IMG/VR virus record: IMGVR_UViG_3300045988_003762
Span: 1 to 42,671 of that record
Strand: one strand, 5' to 3'
DNA from: a virus
Length of the DNA stretch: 42,671 bases
Position 1 is the first letter of the stretch; the number at the start of each line of letters is the position of its first letter. Positions 8,169-16,614 of the stretch are shown here, in pieces. A program made the translations under genes and the position numbers. Under the pieces are notes generated by a model, which was not told the origin of the DNA, searched no databases, and was given only the letters and a program-made list of their open reading frames with translations.

Positions 8169-9611
8169 TCAGTATACTTGATAAAATGCGTACCGGCTTG
8201 GCTTGTACTCGTCCTCTGTCTCCAGCGGGGAGTATGGCCGCTCCACCGTCCTGTATGTGTCTCTGGGGCCTATGGGGTTTTTCATGCACACATACCGGCA
8301 CATGTCGTAGATATGATCCTCTCCATCTGTGTCGATGTCCTCCACGTCCGTCTGGTCATATACCAGGTTCGGCACCGTCCGTATAAAGTGCTTGCAGGTG
8401 TTAAACACATACAGCATGGGCACCCCGTCTTCGTCAAAAGCCAGCCGGTGATGCACCTGCATCTTTCCGTTAATTCGGGCATGGTCGCCCTTCTCGAAGT
8501 ACACCCTCTGCCGCTCCATCAGCGCGCCCACACTCTCCGTACCGTCGCTTTGCCAGATGGCCGGGTCACCCACCCGGTGTATCTGCCTTCCCCGCAGGTT
8601 GGGATCGTCCTTTTCTATGCGCCGTATCTCCTGCGCCACCCTTGACGGTTCCCACATCACGCCCTTGTTGGGCGTGCCTGTGCAGCCGTACAGCTCCCGG
8701 ATATAGTACATCCGCCTGTTTCTGTCCACGGCAAACCACCCAACAGCAAAGGGGCGTGAATAGCCCCAGTCCAGTCCACACCAGATTACCCAGTCCTCCG
8801 GCACCCGGAACGGCGCGATCACATGGGTGTTCTTCCTGTCGATGTAGTGGTCGCTGTCGTTGCGCCACTCTGTGAACACCTGCCCCTCGAAGCTGTCCCA
8901 GTTGCCGTACAGCAGGGCATTTCGCTCTGCCTCAGGCATGCTGGCCAGCCGCTGGACGTACATGGGGTCGTTTTCCATCAGTATCTTATTGTCAAACACC
9001 GAGGACGGCACGAAAATCCGCTTCTGCTCCCCGGTGTGCTGCCTGCCGTCCGGCGTATACCACGTCGCCGTTTCCGTGATGGTGTGCATGGGCGGCGCCG
9101 CCGTGATGAAGCGCTCCTTTACCCAGCCATGCCCAATACCTCCCGGATTGGCCGTGGAGCGCATATACACCCGCGTACCAGCTCCGTTGGGTCGGTTACG
9201 GGATTTCAGATACTCGTATTCCTCTTGCGTAAAGTGCGTCAGCTCATCAAAAGCGATAAAGTCATAGGCCTGCCCCTGATATTGTATCTTGTCCTGGGGT
9301 CTGTTCATGCTGCCAAACACGATCTGCGCACCGGACGGAAACCGCCATGTGTGGTTGCTGCCGTTATATCTGGCCTTGGGGTATACCCGCGGGTAATAGT
9401 TCAGCGTCTTGTCGATCAGCTCCCGCAGCTGTGGGAACGTCTTGCGCAGGATCAGCGCCTTGTACCACGGGATATGCACCTGCCGCAGCGCCTCTATCAC
9501 CAGCGCATCGCTCTTCCCTCCGCCGGCAGCACCGCCATACAGCGCCTCATACTCTGGCCTCGCCATAAATATGGCCTGCCGCTCCTGCGGACGCCATACC
9601 ACGCTACTCAT
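8169..9611 (-). CDS. terL: Terminase large subunit
   Basis: Walker A YGGAAGGGKSD near the N-terminus. The 480-aa size and the position between terS and portal fit. Confidence 0.9.
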   Translation of the reverse strand: MSSVVWRPQERQAIFMARPEYEALYGGAAGGGKSDALVIEALRQVHIPWYKALILRKTFPQLRELIDKTLNYYPRVYPKARYNGSNHTWRFPSGAQIVFGSMNRPQDKIQYQGQAYDFIAFDELTHFTQEEYEYLKSRNRPNGAGTRVYMRSTANPGGIGHGWVKERFITAAPPMHTITETATWYTPDGRQHTGEQKRIFVPSSVFDNKILMENDPMYVQRLASMPEAERNALLYGNWDSFEGQVFTEWRNDSDHYIDRKNTHVIAPFRVPEDWVIWCGLDWGYSRPFAVGWFAVDRNRRMYYIRELYGCTGTPNKGVMWEPSRVAQEIRRIEKDDPNLRGRQIHRVGDPAIWQSDGTESVGALMERQRVYFEKGDHARINGKMQVHHRLAFDEDGVPMLYVFNTCKHFIRTVPNLVYDQTDVEDIDTDGEDHIYDMCRYVCMKNPIGPRDTYRTVERPYSPLETEDEYKPSRYAFYQVY

Positions 9612-10032
9612 CTTTGACCTCTGGCATCAGTACCACGCCGATCTCCTGCCGGTCAGTCTCCGGCGCTTTCTCGCGCCACCCGAAATTGCAGCTCAAACTA
9701 AACTTTGCGCCGTTCGCACCGTCACGGTCATACAGCCGCGCCTCTGCGTATTCCTCGCACATGGACTTCGCGCGCGTGACCGTGTCCGTAAACTCAGGCC
9801 TCGCCTGGTAATCGATCAGTGCTTGCCTGCCCGTAAACCCCAACGCCAACGCAAGCCCCGTTATCGTGGGCGGCTTCTGCCCTATCAGGATAACGTTGCC
9901 GTATTTGTCCATAATGGGCTGACCATCATCGCCAATAATAGGTTCTCCCTTGCAGCTGATAAAGTAAGCGTCAATGGCTTCCTGCATTTGCTTGACGCTT
10001 TTGTATTTTCTCGGGCATCCTACCTTTGCCAT
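9604..10032 (-). CDS. terS: Terminase small subunit
   Basis: MAKVGCPRKYKSVKQMQEAIDAYF is a typical terS N-terminal HTH. The gene overlaps the terL start. The start could also be the ATG at 10089. Confidence 0.75.
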   Translation of the reverse strand: MAKVGCPRKYKSVKQMQEAIDAYFISCKGEPIIGDDGQPIMDKYGNVILIGQKPPTITGLALALGFTGRQALIDYQARPEFTDTVTRAKSMCEEYAEARLYDRDGANGAKFSLSCNFGWREKAPETDRQEIGVVLMPEVKDE

Positions 10033-10490
10033 TTTGCTCACTTCCTTTCTTGTCTGACGCACCGGCCTCCCACCGCTGGCCTTTGTCATTGCCGCGTCCT
10101 TCCCCGGCTTTCGCCACACCTGTATTCATGTCTTCCCTGGGACACATTGCAAAGAGGTGTGGGAAGTCCTGTCTAAAGTAAGCAGACTATTTGGGACGCG
10201 TCCCTTGCAGCGGTCTGCCAGCGCAATCACACCGCGCTGCGCCTTTTCATCAGCCTCACACTGTTTTTGCGGATTAACTGTCCGCCGCTGTGGCCACAGC
10301 TTGTGTGCGCTTAACTTCTCGCGCTTCCTCGCCCGCTTGTGTGACTGGTACGGCATTGCAGTCCTGCCCTGCTTTAGCGCTTCAGGGAAAGTCCCCGTCA
10401 CTCGCTGTGGTCTCCCATTGCTGGGCACCTATGCCGCATATTGCTCCCTCCGGGCGGAGCCGAAGCCCCGCCCATCAGGAAAAGAAGGGG

Positions 10491-10537
10491 GAAAAGAAAA
10501 AAGATGGAGATGCAGAGTTCGCCCTGCATCTTCCATC
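10491..10537 (-). terminator. Strong rho-independent terminator (copy B of the repeated module)
   Basis: On the minus strand: GATGGAAGATGCAG-loop-CTGCATCTCCATC followed by UUUUUUCUUUUC. Confidence 0.8.
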
Positions 10538-10556
10538 ATAAAGTGCGTTTTTTCAA

Positions 10557-10588
10557 TTTTTCCACTTTTAAGTGGAATTTTCAAAATT
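10557..10588 (-). promoter_or_regulatory. Conserved 32-nt box, copy B
   Basis: TTTTTCCACTTTTAAGTGGAATTTTCAAAATT sits immediately after the XRE stop codon. On the minus strand it reads TTGAAA-17 nt-AAAAAT. Confidence 0.6.
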
Positions 10589-10820
10589 ATTTTTCGGCAA
10601 TATCTACCACGCAGGGATAGTCCGTCCTGCCCATCAAATAGTCCACCGACACGCCAAATTCATCCGCTATGCTCTTCAACGCATCCATCGTCGGCTTCGC
10701 CGTGCCCAGCTCATACCGGCGTATGGCGTCCGAATTCAGCCCACAGCGTTCCGACAGCACATACCGCTTCAGTCTCTTTTTCTCCCGCAGCTTTCTCAGC
10801 CGTTCCGGGAATTCGCTCAT
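10587..10820 (-). CDS. XRE-family HTH regulator (77 aa) directly upstream of the late genes
   Basis: GAGGAGG RBS before MSEFPERLRKLREKKRLKRYVLSERCGLNSDAIRRYELG, the classic HTH_3 pattern. Confidence 0.8.
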   Translation of the reverse strand: MSEFPERLRKLREKKRLKRYVLSERCGLNSDAIRRYELGTAKPTMDALKSIADEFGVSVDYLMGRTDYPCVVDIAEK

Positions 10821-10821
10821 A

Positions 10822-11013
10822 TCAGCACCTCCTCTGGGAAGAGTGTTCCAGAAATGCATCCTGCCGTGTTTTGGGTGGATTTGCAGCAGACCAATCTTCG
10901 ACGATCTTGACTACTTTCTCGGAATTGTAAGTGATATCAACGTCAAGGTCTGGCACAGGTTTGCCTTTCTTGAACATTCTCTTTCGTTCTTCCAGAAACT
11001 TCACAGCATCCAT
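10822..11013 (-). CDS. Hypothetical protein (63 aa)
   Basis: TGATG start/stop overlap with the upstream gene, GGAGGGA RBS, and packed operon context. Confidence 0.5.
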   Translation of the reverse strand: MDAVKFLEERKRMFKKGKPVPDLDVDITYNSEKVVKIVEDWSAANPPKTRQDAFLEHSSQRRC

Positions 11014-11402
11014 CACATATCCCTCCATCTGCACCCATCACAGGCGCCCTCGTGTGCTTGTTTGAACTTCCCACAGTATTGGCATAGCTCGTTGATAAGG
11101 GTCTTCCGGTCTGCCGCCAGCTTCTCGTTTGCGGCCATCAAGCTACTATTGGCACCATCCAACTGCGAAATGCTGTCGTAATGCTCCTTGAGTTCTTCCC
11201 GTGTTTTCAGCAGCTCCGCATTGCTCATTATCAGGTCGCCTTGCAGCTTTGCGATCTCCTCCGGTGTGTATCCGGTGTCCTCGTAGTCTTTTAGCCGCCA
11301 ATAAATCTCCATCGCGTGTTCTCTCACAGCGTTCCCGTCGATTATGCTCCTGCGGGTAGTGTGTTCGTCCACTCGCACATCAGGTACAGTCAGTCGTTCC
11401 AT
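11013..11402 (-). CDS. Hypothetical protein (129 aa), coiled coil plus C-terminal CxxC...CxxC
   Basis: ORF in a packed operon. No recognisable family. Confidence 0.6.
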   Translation of the reverse strand: MERLTVPDVRVDEHTTRRSIIDGNAVREHAMEIYWRLKDYEDTGYTPEEIAKLQGDLIMSNAELLKTREELKEHYDSISQLDGANSSLMAANEKLAADRKTLINELCQYCGKFKQAHEGACDGCRWRDM

Positions 11403-11679
11403 TGTTCTCCTCCTTCACCGCCACAGCCTTTGCCAGCTGTGCCATACCCTGATTCATGTCCTCTATCTGCTTATCCCGCCGCGCAATGGCGTCCTTCAGG
11501 CTGTCGTTGGCTTTCATCAGTGCCTCGATGTGCCGCTGCTGGTTCTCGATCAGGTCAGCGGTATAAACCTTAATGGCGTCCTCGCACCCATCTTCCTGCG
11601 CAGCAGGGCAGGTTTTGCAGCAATCCGGGGCTACGCTAACACAGCACCGCAGCGCGGTCACGATCTCCTCTCTTGTCAT
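11380..11679 (-). CDS. Hypothetical Cys-rich protein (99 aa)
   Basis: ORF in a packed operon, with a CCxxxxxDCCKTC cluster. Confidence 0.55.
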   Translation of the reverse strand: MTREEIVTALRCCVSVAPDCCKTCPAAQEDGCEDAIKVYTADLIENQQRHIEALMKANDSLKDAIARRDKQIEDMNQGMAQLAKAVAVKEENNGTTDCT

Positions 11680-11680
11680 G

Positions 11681-12178
11681 TCATTCCTCCATAAGTTTCA
11701 TAAAGCATCCCCAAAAGGTCTGTGACTTCTTTCCGCTATGATGCCCGAAAAGCGGGCGTTCTCCGATTGCTGCCCACACATCTGCGGCTGGTATCTGAGT
11801 TTCAGCCCATTTGAAAATCAGTATGCCATCAGGCTTCAACACGCGCATACACTCGCGGAATCCATCGTGCAGCATCTCCCGCCAGTTTTGTCCAAGCTGC
11901 CCGTACTTCTTCCTCATCCATGCGTTTTCTCCAACGCGGAGAAGATGCGGCGGGTCAAATACAACCAGGGAGAACGAATTATCCTGAAACGGTAGAGCCG
12001 TGAAATCGCACACCACGTCTGGATGCACGATGCAGGTTCGTTCAGAATTGCGGTTGGTGCTCTTCCAAATCCCCGTGTATTCCTCGTCTCGCACATCACA
12101 GTAGATTGCGGCAGGATGGTTTTTGTTAAACCAAATCGTTCTGCTCCCGCAAGTCACGTCAAGGATTTTTTTGTTCAT
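11681..12178 (-). CDS. SAM-dependent DNA methyltransferase (N6-adenine/N4-cytosine type)
   Basis: LDVTCGSRT resembles motif I and VVFDPPHL resembles motif IV (DPPH). GAGGGGAGGG RBS before MNKKILDV. Confidence 0.6.
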   Translation of the reverse strand: MNKKILDVTCGSRTIWFNKNHPAAIYCDVRDEEYTGIWKSTNRNSERTCIVHPDVVCDFTALPFQDNSFSLVVFDPPHLLRVGENAWMRKKYGQLGQNWREMLHDGFRECMRVLKPDGILIFKWAETQIPAADVWAAIGERPLFGHHSGKKSQTFWGCFMKLMEE

Positions 12179-12195
12179 TCTGCTGTGCCCTCCCC

Positions 12196-13905
12196 TCACA
12201 CTGCCACGCAGTCCATCAACTGCGCCATTGTCGTTATGGTCACGTTGCACCACTCAGGCAGGTTGGCACGCACCAGCGCGGACGCCACTGGCGGACACAC
12301 CGCATTGCCGCACCGCGCTACCTGCGCGCTCTTTTTGTACTCGTTGCCCAAATAGTCACGGTCAATGATGTAATCCGGTGGGAAGCCCATCGCGTTGTAC
12401 AACTCACGAGGCGACAGCATTCGCAATCCGATATCCGCGATGTAATACAGTGTCCCGCTGATCTCCAACAGAAGCACTTCGTCCTCCGCCAGCGTGTAGC
12501 CGCAAAACTCATTCAGAAGGGCGCTAATCTCAGGCCAATATCCAAGCTCGTCGCTGCCGTGCACCTTCACCAGATGCACCTTGCACACGGAGAACTCCCC
12601 GGCGCTTGTGGTCACGGTCTGCATCGGCTCATCTGCCCCATGCCCCAGATTGTCACCCTTAAACTTCACCACATGGGCGGCACATACCGCATTGTGGTCA
12701 ATGGCCGTCACCGTTGGCAAAGGCTCGCCCACCTTTTCACCGACCACACCGCCGTAATACTTGGCAATGTGAGCGGCGACCACTGCCTCACGGTCGTGGC
12801 TGGTAACAGTGTGCATGGGGTCTTGCACGTCCAACGGTCTGCCCCCGGTGTAATACTCCACCAGATTGGCGCAGGTCAGGCCGTATCGGTTGGAGGCGTC
12901 CACCGTGTTAATAGGTGTCCCGAGCCCGGATGCCCGAACGTGTTCCGTCTGTTCCGTGTGATACTGGATCAGCGCGGGAGCCAGAAGCGTCCTGCACAGG
13001 TTTTCCTTTCCGGTGCCGACCACCGTAGGAACCGGCGCGTCAATATCATGTACGCGGGGCGCCTGTCCCTTGCGCTCTCCGTAGCCAGTAGGTACAATAA
13101 ACGGCTTTCCGCTGCGGACGGTGAACTTGTCCACGCCCCGGATAATCCGCCGCATGGTGTTCTTTGCCAACGGACGCACAGCTTTCAAGCCGTATCTTTC
13201 CATGATCTCCGCCTTGGATGCAAATACCGACGGGCAGGGCAGCGACCAGTCGATGATCTCCGATGCACAGCGCCACTTTGGCAGTCCATCCGCGCCGGTT
13301 TTGCTGTGAGTAGGCTTCGGCCAGACAATGGGCTTTCCGTCACAGCGGGCGATCATGTAAAACCGCTTGCGGGAAGTGGGTGCACCGTAGTCCGCCGCAA
13401 TTAGCTCCCGGAACTCCACAGTGTACCCCAGCGCCTCAAGTTGGCTAATAAACTGCCGGAAGGTCGTACCAGCCAGCTTCTTCACTGGCTTCCCCTTCCG
13501 CACCGGCCCCCACGTCTGGAACTCCTCCACATTTTCGAGGATAATGACGCGGGGTCTTACCTCCGCCGCCCACCGCAGGGTGATCCACGCAAGTCCGCGA
13601 ATTTTGCGATCCACCAATGCCGCGCCTTTGGCTTTGGAAAAGTGCTTGCAGTCCGGCGAGAACCACGCCAGCCCCACAGGCCGCCCACGGCACACGGTCT
13701 TTGGGTCTACGTCCCACACAGACGCTTGCAGATGCTCCGTGTATGGGTGGTTTGTCTTGTGCATCAGGATTGCCGCCGGATCATGGTTGATGGCAATCGC
13801 CACCGCCATGCCCGTTGCAATCTCGATACCTGTTGACGCCCCGCCGCCGCCGGCGAAATTATCCACGATGATCTCTCCGGTCATCGTCTCTTGTGCAAAA
13901 ATCAT
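12196..13905 (-). CDS. dcm: DNA (cytosine-5)-methyltransferase
   Basis: Motifs seen: DNFAGGGG (I), FSPDCKHFS (IV, PC), IILENVEEF (VI) and GNAVCPPVA (X). The ATG at 13905 has a GGAG RBS. Confidence 0.9.
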   Translation of the reverse strand: MIFAQETMTGEIIVDNFAGGGGASTGIEIATGMAVAIAINHDPAAILMHKTNHPYTEHLQASVWDVDPKTVCRGRPVGLAWFSPDCKHFSKAKGAALVDRKIRGLAWITLRWAAEVRPRVIILENVEEFQTWGPVRKGKPVKKLAGTTFRQFISQLEALGYTVEFRELIAADYGAPTSRKRFYMIARCDGKPIVWPKPTHSKTGADGLPKWRCASEIIDWSLPCPSVFASKAEIMERYGLKAVRPLAKNTMRRIIRGVDKFTVRSGKPFIVPTGYGERKGQAPRVHDIDAPVPTVVGTGKENLCRTLLAPALIQYHTEQTEHVRASGLGTPINTVDASNRYGLTCANLVEYYTGGRPLDVQDPMHTVTSHDREAVVAAHIAKYYGGVVGEKVGEPLPTVTAIDHNAVCAAHVVKFKGDNLGHGADEPMQTVTTSAGEFSVCKVHLVKVHGSDELGYWPEISALLNEFCGYTLAEDEVLLLEISGTLYYIADIGLRMLSPRELYNAMGFPPDYIIDRDYLGNEYKKSAQVARCGNAVCPPVASALVRANLPEWCNVTITTMAQLMDCVAV

Positions 13906-13906
13906 A

Positions 13907-14182
13907 TCAATCTCCAAACACCACGCCGCACTCGTCCTTTAGCACGTCCTTGATGTGCTTCCGCTTGATGCGGCCCTCGTTGATCTCCTCCGCCAGCTTC
14001 TCCAGGCACTCATACAGATACGTGATGCTGTGGGTGTCCCGGCTGTCCGCTGTCTCCTCGAATACGTGCCAGCCGCATTTGTCCATCAGCACCATTGCCA
14101 CCATGTCCATGTTCTCCCGTGTGCCTTGCAGCTTGCCACGCATAAAGATGCGGTCGTCCCTGCTCAAATGCTGCTTGCCCAT
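13907..14182 (-). CDS. Hypothetical protein (91 aa)
   Basis: ORF tightly packed between the PAPS-reductase-like gene and dcm. Confidence 0.55.
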   Translation of the reverse strand: MGKQHLSRDDRIFMRGKLQGTRENMDMVAMVLMDKCGWHVFEETADSRDTHSITYLYECLEKLAEEINEGRIKRKHIKDVLKDECGVVFGD

Positions 14183-14183
14183 G

Positions 14184-15257
14184 TCAATACCTCACTCCGA
14201 TGTAGTCCAGCACCCGCGCATAACCAAGACCGTCCTTCGTGGGCTTCCATAGCCCGTCCGTGTCGAATGCCCCGCCGCCGATGCAGAACGCATAGTGCTT
14301 CGGGTGCGTCAGCTTCATGCGTTCAAAGCGGTTTGTGCCTTTTTCGAGATGACTTCCAAATCCGCAGAACATGCAGCCCGTGCGTTGGCATCCCGTGCAG
14401 TGCAGCTTGCAGTCGATCAGCGTCGCGCCGTAGTCGTTCTCGCCGTCGCTGGCCACGATGTCGCCGTACACGCTGGCGTAAAAGAGATGGTTGTCTACGA
14501 TGAACCGAAGCACGTCCTGCTCCGTCCAGAAACTCATGGGCTTAGATAAAGGCCTCCTTCCTTCAAAGGCGTTGCAGCCGGTTTCGCGCCATTTTTGCAT
14601 CCGCAAAAGACTTTCCTCCGCCATTGTTGCCGTCGTGGGCTTGACATCCGCTCGGTGCTCATAGCTCTTTGATGGGGACTTTTTCATAATTCCACAACAC
14701 TTGTCGGATATGAGAAATGGAGCCGAAAGCAAATACCCCCACTTTTCACAGTTGTACATGCTCTTTTCCCCATCGGCGCGTAAGACTTCCCCACGCAATA
14801 GCTTCATACTTCGGCTATCTGGTGATCGCCGCGCGGTTTCTATCCGGTGCGCCACATCTTTTCCTATGACGCTGTACCCGTACTTCGTCACCACCTGCCG
14901 AATGTTCATCTTCGGGCGTAGACGGTGAAGGTTTACGGTCACGCGGGGAAACTCCCTCCGCAACCAGTCGGCGTACTCATTGACGAACTTCTGTATCTCC
15001 GGGTACTCCAACCCGGTGTTCACAAACACCAAGTTTAGCTCCCACGGCGGTGTCCTGAAACTCGACAGGTACCGCGCCGCCAGATACGCCAGCACCGTGC
15101 TGTCCTTGCCACCGGAAAAGCTGACATAGCACCTTCCGCCCCATGCGGTGTACCATTCGTCCAGCTTTTCGTAGGTCAGTATCTCCTTGTCCTGCACGTC
15201 CAGCGCCATCAGTTTCTTCGCCGCCTCATTCGTCAGCGGCTGATTTGTGCGCTCCAC
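14184..15257 (-). CDS. PAPS-reductase-family (PP-loop ATP pyrophosphatase) protein with a C-terminal Cys cluster
   Basis: SFSGGKDS PP-loop and C-terminal CKLHCTGCQRTGCMFCGFG. GTG start with an AGGAGGTG RBS. Confidence 0.8.
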   Translation of the reverse strand: MERTNQPLTNEAAKKLMALDVQDKEILTYEKLDEWYTAWGGRCYVSFSGGKDSTVLAYLAARYLSSFRTPPWELNLVFVNTGLEYPEIQKFVNEYADWLRREFPRVTVNLHRLRPKMNIRQVVTKYGYSVIGKDVAHRIETARRSPDSRSMKLLRGEVLRADGEKSMYNCEKWGYLLSAPFLISDKCCGIMKKSPSKSYEHRADVKPTTATMAEESLLRMQKWRETGCNAFEGRRPLSKPMSFWTEQDVLRFIVDNHLFYASVYGDIVASDGENDYGATLIDCKLHCTGCQRTGCMFCGFGSHLEKGTNRFERMKLTHPKHYAFCIGGGAFDTDGLWKPTKDGLGYARVLDYIGVRY

Positions 15258-15258
15258 G

Positions 15259-15690
15259 TCACACCTCCTGTATAGCGAACCCGTACCTACTGCGGAACAG
15301 CTTTGCTTTCATAGCATACTCGCGGGTACGCATCCCCTTCACGTCCTCCACCACCGGCAGCCAGTACCGCTGGCCGTAGCTGTCAGGAGCCGTTTTGCGC
15401 TCGTACACGAAGTCCGCGATGTAGTCGATACTTTTCACACGTTCGCCCTCAAACGTCGTGTACGCCTCTTGCAAGCAGTACCGCACCTGCAATTTCAGCC
15501 CCCGTATCTCCCCGGCCTTTTGCAGAAGCATCAGCGCGTCGTAGCGCTCCGCCTCCTTCTTGCTGTCGAAGGTCAGCTTCCCGCACTTGGTCTTCTGCGC
15601 CTTGTATTTACCCGGCTTCCGCATCTTCTCCATGACCTGCTTCTGCGCCGCAGGACTAAGCCGCGCCAGATCGTCACTTTTCAATCCCAT
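15259..15690 (-). CDS. DUF1064-family protein (putative PD-(D/E)xK resolvase-like nuclease)
   Basis: FDSKKEAERYDALMLLQKAGEIRGLKLQ...YIADFVY...VEDVKG matches the pattern I recall for DUF1064. Confidence 0.65.
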   Translation of the reverse strand: MGLKSDDLARLSPAAQKQVMEKMRKPGKYKAQKTKCGKLTFDSKKEAERYDALMLLQKAGEIRGLKLQVRYCLQEAYTTFEGERVKSIDYIADFVYERKTAPDSYGQRYWLPVVEDVKGMRTREYAMKAKLFRSRYGFAIQEV

Positions 15691-15892
15691 TCTCCAGTCC
15701 TCTTTTCTCCAATCCTCGTTTGTTCATCGTATACCGCAGCCTTGCGGTCTGCTTCTTCTGCTCACCGCAGCGTTCGCAGGTTCCGGGCGCCCAGATATAC
15801 GGGTCGGGGGCAAATATGTACTCCAGCCACATAGCCCGCACACAGTCGGCGCACAGCCTTCCGGACGCGATCTCCCATGCGCCGTCGTTCAT
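15674..15892 (-). CDS. Small zinc-ribbon protein (72 aa)
   Basis: CADC...CERC motif. ATGA overlap with the DnaC-like gene. Confidence 0.55.
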   Translation of the reverse strand: MNDGAWEIASGRLCADCVRAMWLEYIFAPDPYIWAPGTCERCGEQKKQTARLRYTMNKRGLEKRGLENGIEK

Positions 15893-16614
15893 CTCAGTCT
15901 CCAGTTCTTCCCGCTGCCCGTCACGCTCATGGTAAATCCCTTTGCCCGCTCCGCAATGCGGGATCCTATCGCCTCATCCCAGTCCAATATCTGGCCTATC
16001 GTCCGCTCGGAGCTGATGATCGTGGCGCACTCCGGCTTTATGTACCGTGCGTTAAGTATTTCAAACGCAATGTTCCGGTCGGCCTCCGTCACGTTGCCCT
16101 TGAGAAAGTCGTCGATGTAAAGCACGCGGATGGTTTTCAGCTTCCCAACGGCCTCGGAGTACAGCTCCGCATCGTTTACCTTCGCCTTTATGGAGGGGAT
16201 GTCTGCCCGCCACTGCATGTACCGCACTGGCAAGCCTGCCTCCATCAGCTTCCCGCAGATCGCCGTGCACAGGTGCGTCTTGCCGCTGCCGGGGTTCCCA
16301 CCGGCATAGAACCACTTCCCGTGCCAGTCCGTGATATACGCCTCGGCCATCTGCTTGGCCTGCTTCTGCCACGTCTCCGCCGTCTGGTACGTCTCCAGCG
16401 TACAGCTTTCCAGCAGACCAGCAAGCCCACTTTGTTCAATGCGCCGCTGGTTGTCCTTGCGTATCTGGCAAGGGCAGCTCCGGGTCATAAGCTCCCCGGT
16501 AACACTGCGTGTGACCGTATAACCCCTGTCCTCGCAGTCCGGGCACTCAAAGTACGACTTCTCCGGGGATATTCCATTTTTTCGCAGTTTCTCCAGCACT
16601 GCCGTTACATCCAC
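15889..16614 (-). CDS. DnaC/IstB-like AAA+ helicase loader
   Basis: Walker A GNPGSGKTHL, Walker B LYIDDF, and an N-terminal CPDC...CPC zinc motif. The GTG start overlaps the upstream gene by 68 nt, so the start is uncertain. Confidence 0.8.
   Translation of the reverse strand: MDVTAVLEKLRKNGISPEKSYFECPDCEDRGYTVTRSVTGELMTRSCPCQIRKDNQRRIEQSGLAGLLESCTLETYQTAETWQKQAKQMAEAYITDWHGKWFYAGGNPGSGKTHLCTAICGKLMEAGLPVRYMQWRADIPSIKAKVNDAELYSEAVGKLKTIRVLYIDDFLKGNVTEADRNIAFEILNARYIKPECATIISSERTIGQILDWDEAIGSRIAERAKGFTMSVTGSGKNWRLR

Noticed and set aside
10126-10428. 100-aa minus-strand ORF (or a 76-aa version from the ATG at 10355) upstream of terS
   Set aside because: Arg/Lys/Gln-rich with no recognisable fold. 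The GTG start has no usable RBS, and the internal ATG has only a weak AGGA. I cannot support it as a gene, so the region is treated as a leader (see finding).
10398-10439. 13-codon mini-ORF (MRHRCPAMGDHSE) with a perfect GGAGGGA RBS, considered as a stand-alone gene
   Set aside because: It is too short to call as a gene. It is mentioned only as a possible leader peptide within the terS leader finding.
16547-16614. The 68-nt overlap between the replisome organiser and the DnaC-like gene considered as a programmed frameshift site
   Set aside because: No slippery heptamer or downstream structure is evident. A GTG start with an upstream GGAGG explains the overlap, and the exact DnaC-like start is simply uncertain.
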